From Phyllobates terribilis (Eukaryota): 64,000 nucleotides of DNA. Position 1 is the stretch's first letter, and the number at the start of each line of letters is the position of its first letter. Positions 25,201 to 37,769 of this stretch are shown piece by piece. Under the pieces are notes generated by a model. That model saw only the letters and a program-made list of their open reading frames with translations, ran no database searches and had not been told where the DNA came from. Location of the stretch: positions 174,344,001 through 174,408,000 of the forward strand of contig NW_027362770.1 of assembly GCF_046119375.1 (NCBI RefSeq). The letters are read 5' to 3'. The position numbers and the translations under genes are program-made.

Positions 25201-28200
25201 AGTGCATCTGATGATTCCTTGATCTGTATAGTTATAGTGCACCTGCTGTCTCCTTGATAAGTATAGTTATAGTTCAGCTGCTAGTTACCTTGATTAGTAT
25301 TGTTATTGTGCAGCTGCTGCCTCCTTGATAAGCATAGTTATAGCTCAGCTGCTAGCTCCTTGATTAGTATAGTTAGAGTACAGCTGCTGCTTCCTTGATT
25401 AGTATAGTTAAAGTGCAGCTGATAGTTCCTTGTTCAGTATAGTTATAGAGCAGCTGCTACTTCCTTGATCTGTTTAACTATAGGGCAGCTGCTGCTTCCT
25501 TGATCAGTATAGTTATAGTGCAGCTGCTAGTTCCTTGATCAGTATAGTGATAGGGCAGCTGCTCTTTCCTTGATCAGTATAGTTATAGTGCATCTGCTGC
25601 TTCCTTGATCAGTATAGTGATAGTGTAGCTGCTAGTTCCTTGATCAGTATAGTTATAGTGCAGCTGCTGCTTCCTTGATCAGTCTAGTTATAGTGCATCT
25701 GATGATTCCTTGATCAGCATAGTTATAGTGCAGCTGCAGCTTCCTTGATCAGTATAGTTATACAGCAGCTGCAGCTTCCTTGATCACTATAGTTATAGTG
25801 CATCTGATGATTCCTTGATCTGTATAGTTATAGTGCACCTGCTGTTTCCTTGATCAGTATAGTTATAGTACACCTGCTGATTTCTTGATCAGTATAGTTA
25901 TAGGGCTGCTGCAGTTTCCTTGATCAGAATACTTGTAGGGCAGCTACAGCTTCCTTGATCAGTACAGTTATAGTGCACCTGCTGCTTCCTTGATCAGTAT
26001 AGTTATAGTGCAGCTGCTAGTTCCTTGATCAGTATAGTTATAGTGCAGTTGCAGCTTCCTTGATAAATTTAATTATAGTACAGCTGCTGCTTCCTTGATC
26101 AGTATAGTTATAGTGAAGCTTCTGCTTCCTTGATCAGTATAGTGATAGTGCAGCTGCTAGTTCCTTGATCAGTATAGTTATAGTGCAGCTGCTGCTTCCT
26201 TGATCAGTATAGTTATAGTGCAGTTGCTAGTTCCTTGATCAGTATAGTGATAGGGCAGCTGCTGTTTCCTTGATCAGTATAGTTGTGGTGCACCTGCTGC
26301 TACCTTGATCAGTATAGCTATAGTGCAGCTTCTGCTTCCTTGATCAGTATAGTGATAGCGCAGCTGCTAGTTCCTTGATCAGTATAGTTATAGTGCAGCT
26401 GCAGCTTCCTTGATCAGTATAGTTATATTTCAGCTACTAGATCCTTGATTAGTATAGTTATAGTGCAGCTGCTGCTTCCTTGATCAGTATAGTTATAGTG
26501 CAGCTGCTAGTTCCATGATTAGTATAGTTATAGTGCAGTTGCTAGTTCCTTGATCAGTATAGGTATAGTGCAGCTGCTAGTTCCTTGATCAGTATAGCTA
26601 TAATGCAGCTGCTGCTTCCTTGATCAGTTTAACTATAGGGCAGCTGCTGTTTCCTTGATCAGTATAGTTATAGTGCACCTGCTGCTTACTTGATGAGTAT
26701 AGTGATAGTGCAGCTGCTAGTTCCTTGATCAGTAAAGTGATAAGGCAGCTGCTGTTTCCTTGATCAGTATAGTTATAGTGCACCTGCTGCTTCCTTGATC
26801 AGTATAGTGATAGTGCAGATACTAGTTCCTTGATCAGTATAGTTATAGTGCACCTACAGCTTCCTTGATCACTATAGTTATAGTACATCTGCTGCTTCCT
26901 TGATCAGTATAGTTAAAGTGCAGCTGCTGCTTCCTTGATCGGTATAGTTTATTGAGCATCTTCTGCTTCCTTGATCGGTATAGTTTATAGAGCATCTTCT
27001 ACTTCCTTGATCAGTATAGTTATGTTGCATCTACTGTTTTATTTAATCAGTATAGTTATAGTGCGGTTGCTGCGATCTTGATCAGTATAGTTATAGTGCA
27101 GCTGCTGACTTCTTGATCAGTATAGATATAGTGCATCTGATGATTCCTTGATCAGTATAGTTATAGTGCAGCGGCTGCTTCCTTGATCAGTAGAGTTATA
27201 GTGCACCTGCTGCTTCCTTGATCAGTATAGTTATGGTGTAGCTTCTTCTTCCTTGATCAGTATAGTTATAGTTTAGCTGCTGCTTCCTTGATCAGTATAG
27301 TTATAGTGTAGCTGCTGCTTCTTGATCAGTATAGTGATAGTGCAGCTGCTGCTTCCTTGATCAGTATAGCGATAGTGCAGGTGCTGCTTCCTTGATCAGT
27401 ATAGTTACAGTGTAGCTGCTGCTTCTTGATCAGTATAGTGATAGTGCAGCTGCTGCTTCCTTGATCAGTATAGTGATAGTGCAGCTGCTGCTTCCTTTAT
27501 CGGTATAGTCATAGTGCAGCTGCTTCGTCCTTGATCAGTATAGTTATAGTGCAGCTGCTGCTTCCTTGATCAGAATAGTTATAGTGCATCTGCTGCTACC
27601 TTGATCAGTATAGTTATAGTGTAGCTGCTTCTTCCTTGATCACTATAGTTCTAGTGTAGCTGCTGCTTCCTATACAAAGTATAATTATAGTGTAGCTGCT
27701 GCTTCTTGATCAGTATAGTTATAGTGCAGCTGCTGCTTCCTTGATCAGAATAGTTATAGTGCATCTGCTGCTACCTTGATCAGTATAGTTATAGTGTAGC
27801 TGCTTCTTCCTTGATCACTATAGTTCTAGTGTAGCTGCTGCTTCCTATACAAAGTATAATTATAGTGTAGCTGCTGCTTCTTGATCAGTATAGTGATAGT
27901 GCAGCTGCTGCTTCCTTGATCAGTAAAGTTATAGTGCAGCTGCTGCTTCCTTCATCAGTATAGTGATAGTGCAGCTGCTGCTTCCTTGATCAGTATAGTG
28001 ATAGTGCAGCTGCTGCTTCCTTGATCAGTATTGTTATAGTGCAGCTGCTGCTTCCTTGATCAGTATAGTGATAGTGCAGCTGCTGCTTCCTTGATCAGTA
28101 TAGTCACAGTGCAGCTGCTGTTTGCTTGATCAGTATAGTAATAGTGCAGCTGCTGTTTGCTTGATCAGTATAGTTATAGTGCAGGTGCTTCTTCCTTGAT

Positions 28201-30303
28201 CAGTATAGTGATAGTGTAGCTGCTAGTTCCTTGATCAGTATAGTTATAGTGCAGCTGCTGCTTCCTTGATCAGTCTAGTTATAGTGCATCTGATGATTCC
28301 TTGATCAGCATAGTTATAGTGCAGCTGCAGCTTCCTTGATCAGTATAGTTATACAGCAGCTGCAGCTTCCTTGATCACTATAGTTATAGTGCATCTGATG
28401 ATTCCTTGATCTGTATAGTTATAGTGCACCTGCTGTCTCCTTGATAAGTATAGTTATAGTTCAGCTGCTAGTTACCTTGATTAGTATTGTTATAGTGCAG
28501 CTGCTGCCTCCTTGATAAGCATAGTTATAGCTCAGCTGCTAGCTCCTTGATTAGTATAGTTAGAGTACAGCTGCTGCTTCCTTGATTAGTATAGTTAAAG
28601 TGCAGCTGATAGTTCCTTGTTCAGTATAGTTATAGAGCAGCTGCTACTTCCTTGATCTGTTTAACTATAGGGCAGCTGCTGCTTCCTTGATCAGTATAGT
28701 TATAGTGAAGCTTCTGCTTCCTTGATCAGTATAGTGATAGTGCAGCTGCTAGTTCCTTGATCAGTATAGTTATAGTGCAGCTGCTGCTTCCTTGATCAGT
28801 ATAGCGATAGTGCAGGTGCTGCTTCCTTGATCAGTATAGTTATAGTGTAGCTGCTGCTTCTTGGTCAGTATAGTGATAGTGCAGCTGCTGCTTCCTTGAT
28901 CAGTATAGTGATAGTGCAGCTGCTGCTTCCTTTATCGGTATAGTCATAGTGCAGCTGCTTCGTCCTTGATCAGTATAGTTATAGTGCAGCTGCTGCTTCC
29001 TTGATCAGAATAGTTATAGTGCATCTGCTGCTACCTTGATCAGTATAGTTATAGTGTAGCTGCTTCTTCCTTGATCACTATAGTTCTAGTGTAGCTGCTG
29101 CTTCCTATACAAAGTATAATTATAGTGTAGCTGCTGCTTCTTGATCAGTATAGTGATAGTGCAGATGCTGCTTCCTTGGTCAATATAGTGATAGTGAAGC
29201 TGCTGCTTCCTTGATCAGTAAAGTTATAGTGCAGCTGCTGCTTCCTTCATCAGTATAGTGATAGTGCAGCTGCTGCTTCCTTGATCAGTATAGTGATAGT
29301 GCAGCTGCTGCTTCCTTGATCAGTATTGTTATAGTGCAGCTGCTGCTTCCTTGATCAGTATAGTGATAGTGCAGCTGCTGCTTCCTTGATCAGTATAGTC
29401 ACAGTGCAGCTGCTGTTTGCTTGATCAGTATAGTAATAGTGCAGCTGCTGTTTGCTTGATCAGTATAGTTATAGTGCAGGTGCTTCTTCCTTGATCAGTA
29501 TAGTGATAGTGTAGCTGCTAGTTCCTTGATCAGTATAGTTATAGTGCAGCTGCTGCTTCCTTGATCAGTCTAGTTATAGTGCATCTGATGATTCCTTGAT
29601 CAGCATAGTTATAGTGCAGCTGCAGCTTCCTTGATCAGTATAGTTATACAGCAGCTGCAGCTTCCTTGATCACTATAGTTATAGTGCATCTGATGATTCC
29701 TTGATCTGTATAGTTATAGTGCACCTGCTGTCTCCTTGATAAGTATAGTTATAGTTCAGCTGCTAGTTACCTTGATTAGTATTGTTATAGTGCAGCTGCT
29801 GCCTCCTTGATAAGCATAGTTATAGCTCAGCTGCTAGCTCCTTGATTAGTATAGTTAGAGTACAGCTGCTGCTTCCTTGATTAGTATAGTTAAAGTGCAG
29901 CTGATAGTTCCTTGTTCAGTATAGTTATAGAGCAGCTGCTACTTCCTTGATCTGTTTAACTATAGGGCAGCTGCTGCTTCCTTGATCAGTATAGTTATAG
30001 TGAAGCTTCTGCTTCCTTGATCAGTATAGTGATAGTGCAGCTGCTAGTTCCTTGATCAGTATAGTTATAGTGCAGCTGCTGCTTCCTTGATCAGTATAGT
30101 TATAGTGCAGTTGCTAGTTCCTTGATCAGTATAGTGATAGGGCAGCTGCTGTTTCCTTGATCAGTATAGTTGTGGTGCACCTGCTGCTACCTTGATCAGT
30201 ATAGTTATAGTGCAGCTTCTGCTTCCTTGATCAGTATAGTGATAGCGCAGCTGCTAGTTCCTTGATTAGTATCGTTATAGTGCAACTGCTGCCTCCTTGA
30301 TAA

Positions 30304-31954
30304 CAAAAAAGAAGCAAGACAAAAATATATCTCATACCCTACCATAATTATATATAAATGTAAAGCAAAATTGCATAATAAATATAGGGTACTTAGTGAA
30401 CTATTTTTGATCAAAAAAAGTATACAAGCCGTCCCACCAGCGGCAAGGTGACCCTAAATTGGGACGGTACCTATACTGCCTATATTAAAAACCTTACTGT
30501 ATATCAAAGTTGAAGTAATGCATATAAAAGGGTAGACAAATAGGACCGGGTCCCAACTCCAGACCACCTAGGCCCGTGGTAAGCTACATATATACCAATC
30601 AGCTCAACAAAGGGCATGCCACACCCTTAAATTGCACAGAATGCAAACAAGTCAAAAAACCAGACAATGTGAACTGAGGTCTAAGATGGCAGACATACAA
30701 GAAACAGAGGCATGTTCACACTAGCAAAAAAGAAGCAAGACAAAAATATATCTCATACCCTACCATAATTATATATAAATGTAAAGCAAAATTGCATAAT
30801 AAATATAGGGTACTTAGTGAACTATTTTTGATCAAAAAAAGTATACAAGCCGTCCCACCAGCGGCAAGGTGACCCTAAATTGGGACGGTACCTATACTGC
30901 CTATATTAAAAACCTTACTGTATATCAAAGTTGAAGTAATGCATATAAAAGGGTAGACAAATAGGACCGGGTCCCAACTCCAGACCACCTAGGCCCGTGG
31001 TAAGCTACATATATACCAATCAGCTCAACAAAGGGCATGCCACACCCTTAAATTGCACAGAATGCAAACAAGTCAAAAAACCAGACAATGTGAACTGAGG
31101 TCTAAGATGGCAGACATACAAGAAACAGAGGCATGTTCACACTAGCAAAAAAGAAGCAAGACAAAAATATATCTCATACCCTACCATAATTATATATAAA
31201 TGTAAAGCAAAATTGCATAATAAATATAGGGTACTTAGTGAACTATTTTTGATCAAAAAAAGTATACAAGCCGTCCCACCAGCGGCAAGGTGACCCTAAA
31301 TTGGGACGGTACCTATACTGCCTATATTAAAAACCTTACTGTATATCAAAGTTGAAGTAATGCATATAAAAGGGTAGACAAATAGGACCGGGTCCCAACT
31401 CCAGACCACCTAGGCCCGTGGTAAGCTACATATATACCAATCAGCTCAACAAAGGGCATGCCACACCCTTAAATTGCACAGAATGCAAACAAGTCAAAAA
31501 ACCAGACAATGTGAACTGAGGTCTAAGATGGCAGACATACAAGAAACAGAGGCATGTTCACACTAGCAAAAAAGAAGCAAGACAAAAATATATCTCATAC
31601 CCTACCATAATTATATATAAATGTAAAGCAAAATTGCATAATAAATATAGGGTACTTAGTGAACTATTTTTGATCAAAAAAAGTATACAAGCCGTCCCAC
31701 CAGCGGCAAGGTGACCCTAAATGGGGACGGTACCTATACTGCCTATATTAAAAATCTTACTGTATATCAAAGTTGAAGTAATGCATATAAAAGGGCAGAC
31801 AAATAGGACCGGGTCCCAACTCCAGACCACCTAGGCCCGTGGTAAGCTACATATATACCAATCAGCTCAACAAAGGGCATGCCACACCCTTAAATTGCAC
31901 AGAATGCAAACAAGTCAAAAAAACAGACAATGTGAACTGAGGTCTAAGATGGCA
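30304..31954. repeat. Head-to-tail tandem of a 421-bp unit (~3.9 copies) inserted in the 35-bp satellite; possibly Penelope-like pseudo-LTR derived
   Basis: AAAAAAGAAGCAAGAC starts at 30305, 30726, 31147 and 31568 (period 421). Flanked by GATAA at 30299-30303 and 31955-31959. The tandem is certain; the Penelope affinity is only an inference. Confidence 0.85.
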
Positions 31955-34900
31955 GATAAGTATAGTTGTATTTCAGCTGCTGCTTTCTTGATCAGTATAG
32001 TAATAGTGCACCTGCTGCTTCCTTGATCAGTATAGTGATAGTACAGCTGCTAGTTCCTTGATCAGTATAGTTATAGTGCAGCTGCAGCTTCCTTGATCAG
32101 TATATTTATAGTGTAGCTGCGGCGTCCTTGATCAGTATAGTTATAGTGCAGCTGATGATTACTTGATCAGTATTGTTATAGTGCAGCTGATGATTCCTTG
32201 ATCAGTGAAGTTATAGTGTAGCTGCTGTTTCCTTGATCAGTATAGTTATAGGGCAGCTGCAGCTTCCATGATCAGTATAGTTATAGGGCAGATGCAGCTT
32301 CCTTGATCAGTATAGCTATAGTGCAGCTGCTGCCTCCTTGATCAGTATAGCTATAGTGCAGTTGCTGCTTCCTTGATCAGTATAGTTAAAGTGCAGCTGC
32401 TGCCTCCTTGATCAGTATAGTTATATTGCAATTGCTGCTTCCTTGATCAGTATACTTATAGTGTAGCTGCTGCCTCCTTGATCAGTATAGTTATAGTGCA
32501 GTTGCTGCCTCCTTGATCAGTATAGTTATAGTGCAGCTTCAACTTCCTTGATTAGTATAGTTATAGTGCACCTGCTGCTTCCTTGATCAGTATAGTTATA
32601 GTGCACCTGCTGATTTCTTGATCAGCATAGTTATAGGGCAGCTGCAGCTTCCTTGATCAGTATAGTTATAGGGCAGCTGCAGCTTCCTTGATCAGTATAG
32701 TTATAGTGCAGCTGCTGCCTCCTTGATCAGTATAGTTATAGTGCAATTGCTGCCTCCTTGATCAGTACAGTTATAGTGCCGCAGCAGCTTCCTTGATCAG
32801 TATAGTTATAGTGCATCTGATGATTCCTTGAACAGTATAGTTATAGTGCATCTTCTCCTTCCTTGATCAGTAAAGTTATAGTGCACCTGCTGCTTCCTTG
32901 ATCAGTATAGTTCTAGTGCACCTGCTGCTTCCTTGATCAGTATAGTTCTAGTGCAGTCGCTGCTTCCTTGATCAGTATCATTATAGTGCATCTGATGATT
33001 CCTTGAACAGTATAGCTATGGTGCACCTGCTGCTTCCTTGATCAGTAAAGTTATAGTGCACCTACTGCTTCCTTGATCAGTATCGTTCTAGTGCAGTTGC
33101 TGCTTCCTTGATCAGTACAGTTATAGTGCACCTGTTGCTTCCTTGATCAGTATATTTATAATGCAGCTGCAGTTTCCTTGATCAGTATAGTTATAATGTA
33201 GCTGCTGCTTCCTTGATCAGTATAGTTATAGTGCAGCTGCTGTTTCCTTGATCAGTATAGTTATAGTGCAGCTGCTGTTTCCTTGATCAGTATATTTATA
33301 GTGCAGCTGCTGTTTCCTTGATCAGTATAGTTATAGTGTAGCTGCTGCTTCCTTGATCAGTATAGTTATAGTTTAGCTCCTGCTTCTTGATCAGTATAGT
33401 GATAGTGTAGCTGCTGCTTCCTTGATCAGTATAGTTATTGTGCAGCTGCTGCATCCTTGATCAGTATTGTTAAAATGCAGCTTCTGCTTCCCTGATCAGT
33501 ATAGTTATAGAGCAGCTGCTGCTTCCTTGATCTGTATAGTGATAGTGCAGCTGCTGCTTCCTTGATCAGTAAAGTTATAGTGCACCTGCTGCTTCCTTGA
33601 TCAGTATAGTTCTAGTGCACCTGCTGCTTCCTTGATCAGTATAGTTCTAGTGCAGTCGCTGCTTCCTTGATCAGTATCATTATAGTGCATCTGATGATTC
33701 CTTGAACAGTATAGCTATGGTGCACCTGCTGCTTCCTTGATCAGTAAAGTTATAGTGCACCTGCTGCTTCCTTGATCAGTATCGTTCTAGTGCAGTTGCT
33801 GCTTCCTTGATCAGTACAGTTATAGTGCACCTGCTGCTTCCTTGATCAGTATAGTTATAGTGCAGCTGCTGCTTCCTTCATCAGTATAGTGATAGTGCAG
33901 CTGCTGCTTCCTTGATCAGTATAGTTATAGTGCAGCTGCTGCTTCCTTGATCGGTATAGTTATAGTGCAGCTGCTGCTTCCTTGATCAGAATAGTTATAG
34001 TTCATCTGATGCCTCCTTGATCAGTATAGTTATAGTGCAGCTGCTGCTTCCTTGAACAGTATAGTTATTGAGCATCTTCTATTTCCTTGATCAATATAGT
34101 TATTGTGCAGCTGCCAGTTCCTTGATCAGTATAGTTAAAGTGAAGCTTTTAGTACCTTGATCAGTATAGTTATAGTGCAGCTTCCAGTACCTTGATCAGT
34201 ATAGTTATTGTGCAGCTGCTGCTTCCTTGATCAGTATAGTTATAGTGCAGCTGCTAGTCCCTTGATAAGTACAGTTATAGTGCAGTTGCTGCCTACTTCA
34301 TCAGTATAGTTATAGTGCAGCTTTTAGTTCCTTGATCAGTATAGTTATAATGCAGCTTCCAGTTCCTTGATCAGTATAGTTATTGTGCAGCTGCTGCTTC
34401 CTTGATCAGTATAGTTATAGTGCAGCTGCTAGTCCCTTGATATGTACAGTTATAGTGCTGTTGCTGCCACCTTGATCAGTATAGTTATAGTGCCTCAGCT
34501 GCTTTCTTGATCAGTATAGTGATAGTGCATCTGATGATTCCTTGATCCGTATAGTTATAGTGCATCTGATAATTCCTTTATCAGTATAGTTATAGTGTAG
34601 CTGCTGCTTCCTTGATCAGTATAGTTATAGTTTAGCTCCTGCTTCTTGATCAGTATAGTGATAGTTCAGCTGCGGCTTCCTTGATCAGTATAGTTATTGT
34701 GCAGCTGCTGCTTCCTTGATCAGTATAGATATAGTGTCGTCTGCTGCTTCCTTGATCAATATAGTTATAGAGCAGCTGCTGCTTCCTTGATCTGTATAGT
34801 GATAATGCAGCTGCTTCTTCCTTGATCATTATAGTTGTACTGCAGCTGCTGTTTCCTTGATCAGTATATTTATAATGCAGCTGCAGTTTCCTTGATCAGT

Positions 34901-35780
34901 ATAGTTATAATGTAGCTGCTGCTTCCTTGATCAGTATTGTTATAATGCAGCTGCTGCTTCCTTGATCAGTATAGTTATAGTGCACCTGCTGCCTCCTTGA
35001 TCAGTATAGTGATAGTGCAGCTGCTGCTTCCTTGATCTGTATAGTTATAATGCAGCTGCTGCTTCCTTAATCAGTATAGTTATAATGCAGCTGCTGCCTC
35101 CTTGATCAGTATAGTTATTGTGCACCTGCTGCCTCCTTGATCAGCATAGTGGTAGTGCAGCTGCTGCTTCCTTGATCAGTATTGTTATAATGCAGCTGCT
35201 GCTTCCTTGATCAGTATAGTTATAATGCAGCTGCTGCTTCCTTGATCAGTATAGTTATAGTGCAGCTGCTGCCTCCTTGATCAGTATAGTGGTAGTGCAG
35301 CTGCTGCTTCCTTGATCAGTATAGTTATAATGCAGCTGCTGCTTCCTTGATCAGTATAGTTATAATGCAGCTGCTGCCTCCTTGATAAGTTTGTTTGGTT
35401 TGTTGACAGAAATACAAAGCTGCATCTAATTTCATACATTGCTCATGACTGGTCTGAAAAAAACATTCATTTCTTGACAACTAGTGAACATTACAACATT
35501 GTTTCTCATCTAATATATTGCTAATGAGCAATTTACAAAATGTAATCTTGATTTGGTGACAAATGTACAATGCTTGAACTACTACAATACTAGAACCAAC
35601 ATTGTTTATGTTTGACCTGTAAAATAAATTGTGATTTACAGACAATGCTGGGAATAATCTACAATATTGCTGAGCATTTCTGAATCTATTATTTTTGGTG
35701 ACTACACCAATACTAGGTCCAGCATTATTAATGGTTAGTCTGAAAATCATTCAATTTTACAGCCATTTACCCAGCACTAT

Positions 35781-35835
35781 AGATGAGCAAATCGATTCAA
35801 GGCAAATTGAAATTGTTTCAAATTTCTGCTCATCT
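35781..35835. mobile_element. Tiny inverted-repeat remnant of a TAGAGATGAGC-type MITE
   Basis: AGATGAGCA (35781-35789) and TGCTCATCT (35827-35835) form a perfect 9-bp inverted repeat; the same motif occurs at 12213-12225. Confidence 0.4.
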
Positions 35836-35880
35836 GTCCTGGCACCAAAGATCCCTGCACAGTTCTTTGCTGGCTCGCTT

Positions 35881-36228
35881 CCTCCCTCTGGCCCTTCTTC
35901 TGTCTTCACTTCTTCCTCCCTCTGACTCTTCTTACGCCTTCACTTCTTCCTACCTCTGACTCTTCTTCCATCTTCATTTCTTCCTCCCTCTGGCTCTTCT
36001 TCCACCTTCATTTCTTCCTCCCTCTAACTCTTCTTCCGCCTTCACTTCTTCCTCCCTCTGACTCTTCTTCTGCCTTCACTTCTTCCTCCCTCTGACTCTT
36101 CTTCCACTTTCACTTCTTCCGCCCTCTGGCTCTTATTTCACTTTTACTTCTTCCTCCCTCTGGTTCTTCTTCCACCTTCACTTTTTTTCCCTCTGGCTCT
36201 TCTTCCACCTTCACCTTCTTCCACCTTC
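35881..36228. repeat. 34-bp pyrimidine-rich minisatellite (~10 units)
   Basis: Unit CTCTTCTTCCGCCTTCACTTCTTCCTCCCTCTGA; CCTCCCTCTG at 35881 and 35915. Confidence 0.85.
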
Positions 36229-37369
36229 AGTGAGAATGTTTGTAAATAATGGCTGAGCATGGATTCTTCCCAGAGCAGCAGTTCAAAGCAGCTTGTAAAA
36301 GAGCATAAACTAAGCAGCTAAAACATCACTTTCAGCATGGTGTTTGAGAAAGAAGGAAGCAAAGTAAGGTAAGGGAGTATAATATATTAAGATAACTTTG
36401 GAAAGACTGGTCAATAATTAAATAAAAATGTTTAATTTGAATTAACTATTTAGAAAAAGATGTGGGACCTATTTTAAGTGTGCCCTAAATAGACAGCAAA
36501 CTTTGCAAACTAAACCCTATAGACCTTGGTTATAGCATACAATGTCTAAAAATACGATTGTATACCAGGTCGCAGAGGGCAACATTGATGACCCGAAATC
36601 TATCATTAAGCAAAGAAAGTATGAGCCCAGAACAGGGGTGTAGCGCCCTTCGAAATGCTTTAATATATCGTAATAAAAGTGGCCCTCAGATTTGTAGGAA
36701 TCGTTAAAGCTATAAGTAAGACTCTCCATGGAAAGGAAATGTGGGTCAGGGGGGCCACGGCGGGTTGCATCGGTTTTAAATTACATCCGTTGATTTATTC
36801 ATTAATCTCCGCTACACCAAGAAAATTCATTACCGCCGTACGGCGGCGGCACCGGCCGCATCCTGTCCTATGTGTACAAACGTACGGGTTTTATTAAGAT
36901 GGGAAGTGTCGTGTTATTTACGGCTTGTCTAATGCGATATTTCATTAATCCATTATTTGCCATATAATAGGTAGGGAAAAGAAGTGTTGGGGAGGGGCGC
37001 ACATGTACTCTAGTGCCATATTCAGGAAGGAAAACAAAACAAATGGATATTGAAATTTGTAGAATTTTTGAAAGTTTTGTCAACTTAGGTAAAAAGTTTC
37101 TACCCTCCCACCAAAATTGGTGGCTTTCATATGATCCACCTTACATTACAGTCTAATGATTTAATGATTCATAATTTCCTTAGTTCCCCAGCTCAGAGGG
37201 ATAAAGGAACTTTTTTGGAGGATTAGGCAGCAATGGATGATTCCCGTATGTTAGGAAATTCCATAAGAATTCCAAAGAGGTGTCGAAATGACCCCCTGAA
37301 TATGGACAGTAAGGGCTTTTGTTTGCTTTCAACTCCATGCCCAAGACGTGTGGGCCAATATACTATTGA

Positions 37370-37769
37370 GATGGAAAGATCAAACATGGTACAGCTACTC
37401 AACACATAGAAGATAAAGATATTGACTACTTTCAGGTATGACCAGGACACATTTGAGTTGGATGGCGATGAACTGGAATTTGTAATTGACTTCAATTTTC
37501 TCATTTTGATAATCACTCAAGATGCCAATTCGACACCGGAAGTCAATAGGAGAATAGCTATGAGCAAATCAACAATGAAGTCACTGGACAAGGTCTTCAA
37601 ATCGAGGAACATTTCACTGGCGACAAAGACATAGTTTGATCTTTTCTGTGGGGATGTGAAACCTGGACGATAAAGAAACAAGACAGAAGAAGAATCAGCG
37701 CCAGTGCTGGAGAAGGATGTTATCAATATCATGGATGGCAAGAAGAACAAACAAATCTATTTTGGAACA
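37370..37769 (+). pseudogene. RTE-clade (BovB/RTE-1-like) LINE, decayed reverse-transcriptase C-terminal region, part 1
   Basis: Translates, with stops and deletions, to ...LLNT*KIKILTT...FELDGDELEFVIDFNFL..IITQDANSTPEVNRRIAMSKSTMKSLDKVFKSRNISLATKT...GCETWTIKKQDRRRI...CWRRMLSISWMARRTNKSILE. This matches the known RTE motif series (EIxRRI; GCExWTIKK; CWRRxLxxxWTARRxNxSIL). Confidence 0.85.

Larger units (their letters stand above)
12551..35390. repeat. 35-bp satellite array (segments 12551-17213, 20329-21852, 22274-30303, 31955-35390)
   Basis: Consensus GTGCAGCTGCTGCTTCCTTGATCAGTATAGTTATA; 35-bp period verified (e.g. 13322 to 13357). About 17.6 kb of satellite, roughly 500 moderately diverged units with no unique spacers. 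Confidence 0.95.

Noticed and set aside
12551-35390. 35-bp repeat length resembling CRISPR direct repeats
   Set aside because: Units are contiguous with no unique spacers, there are no cas genes, and the context is eukaryotic.
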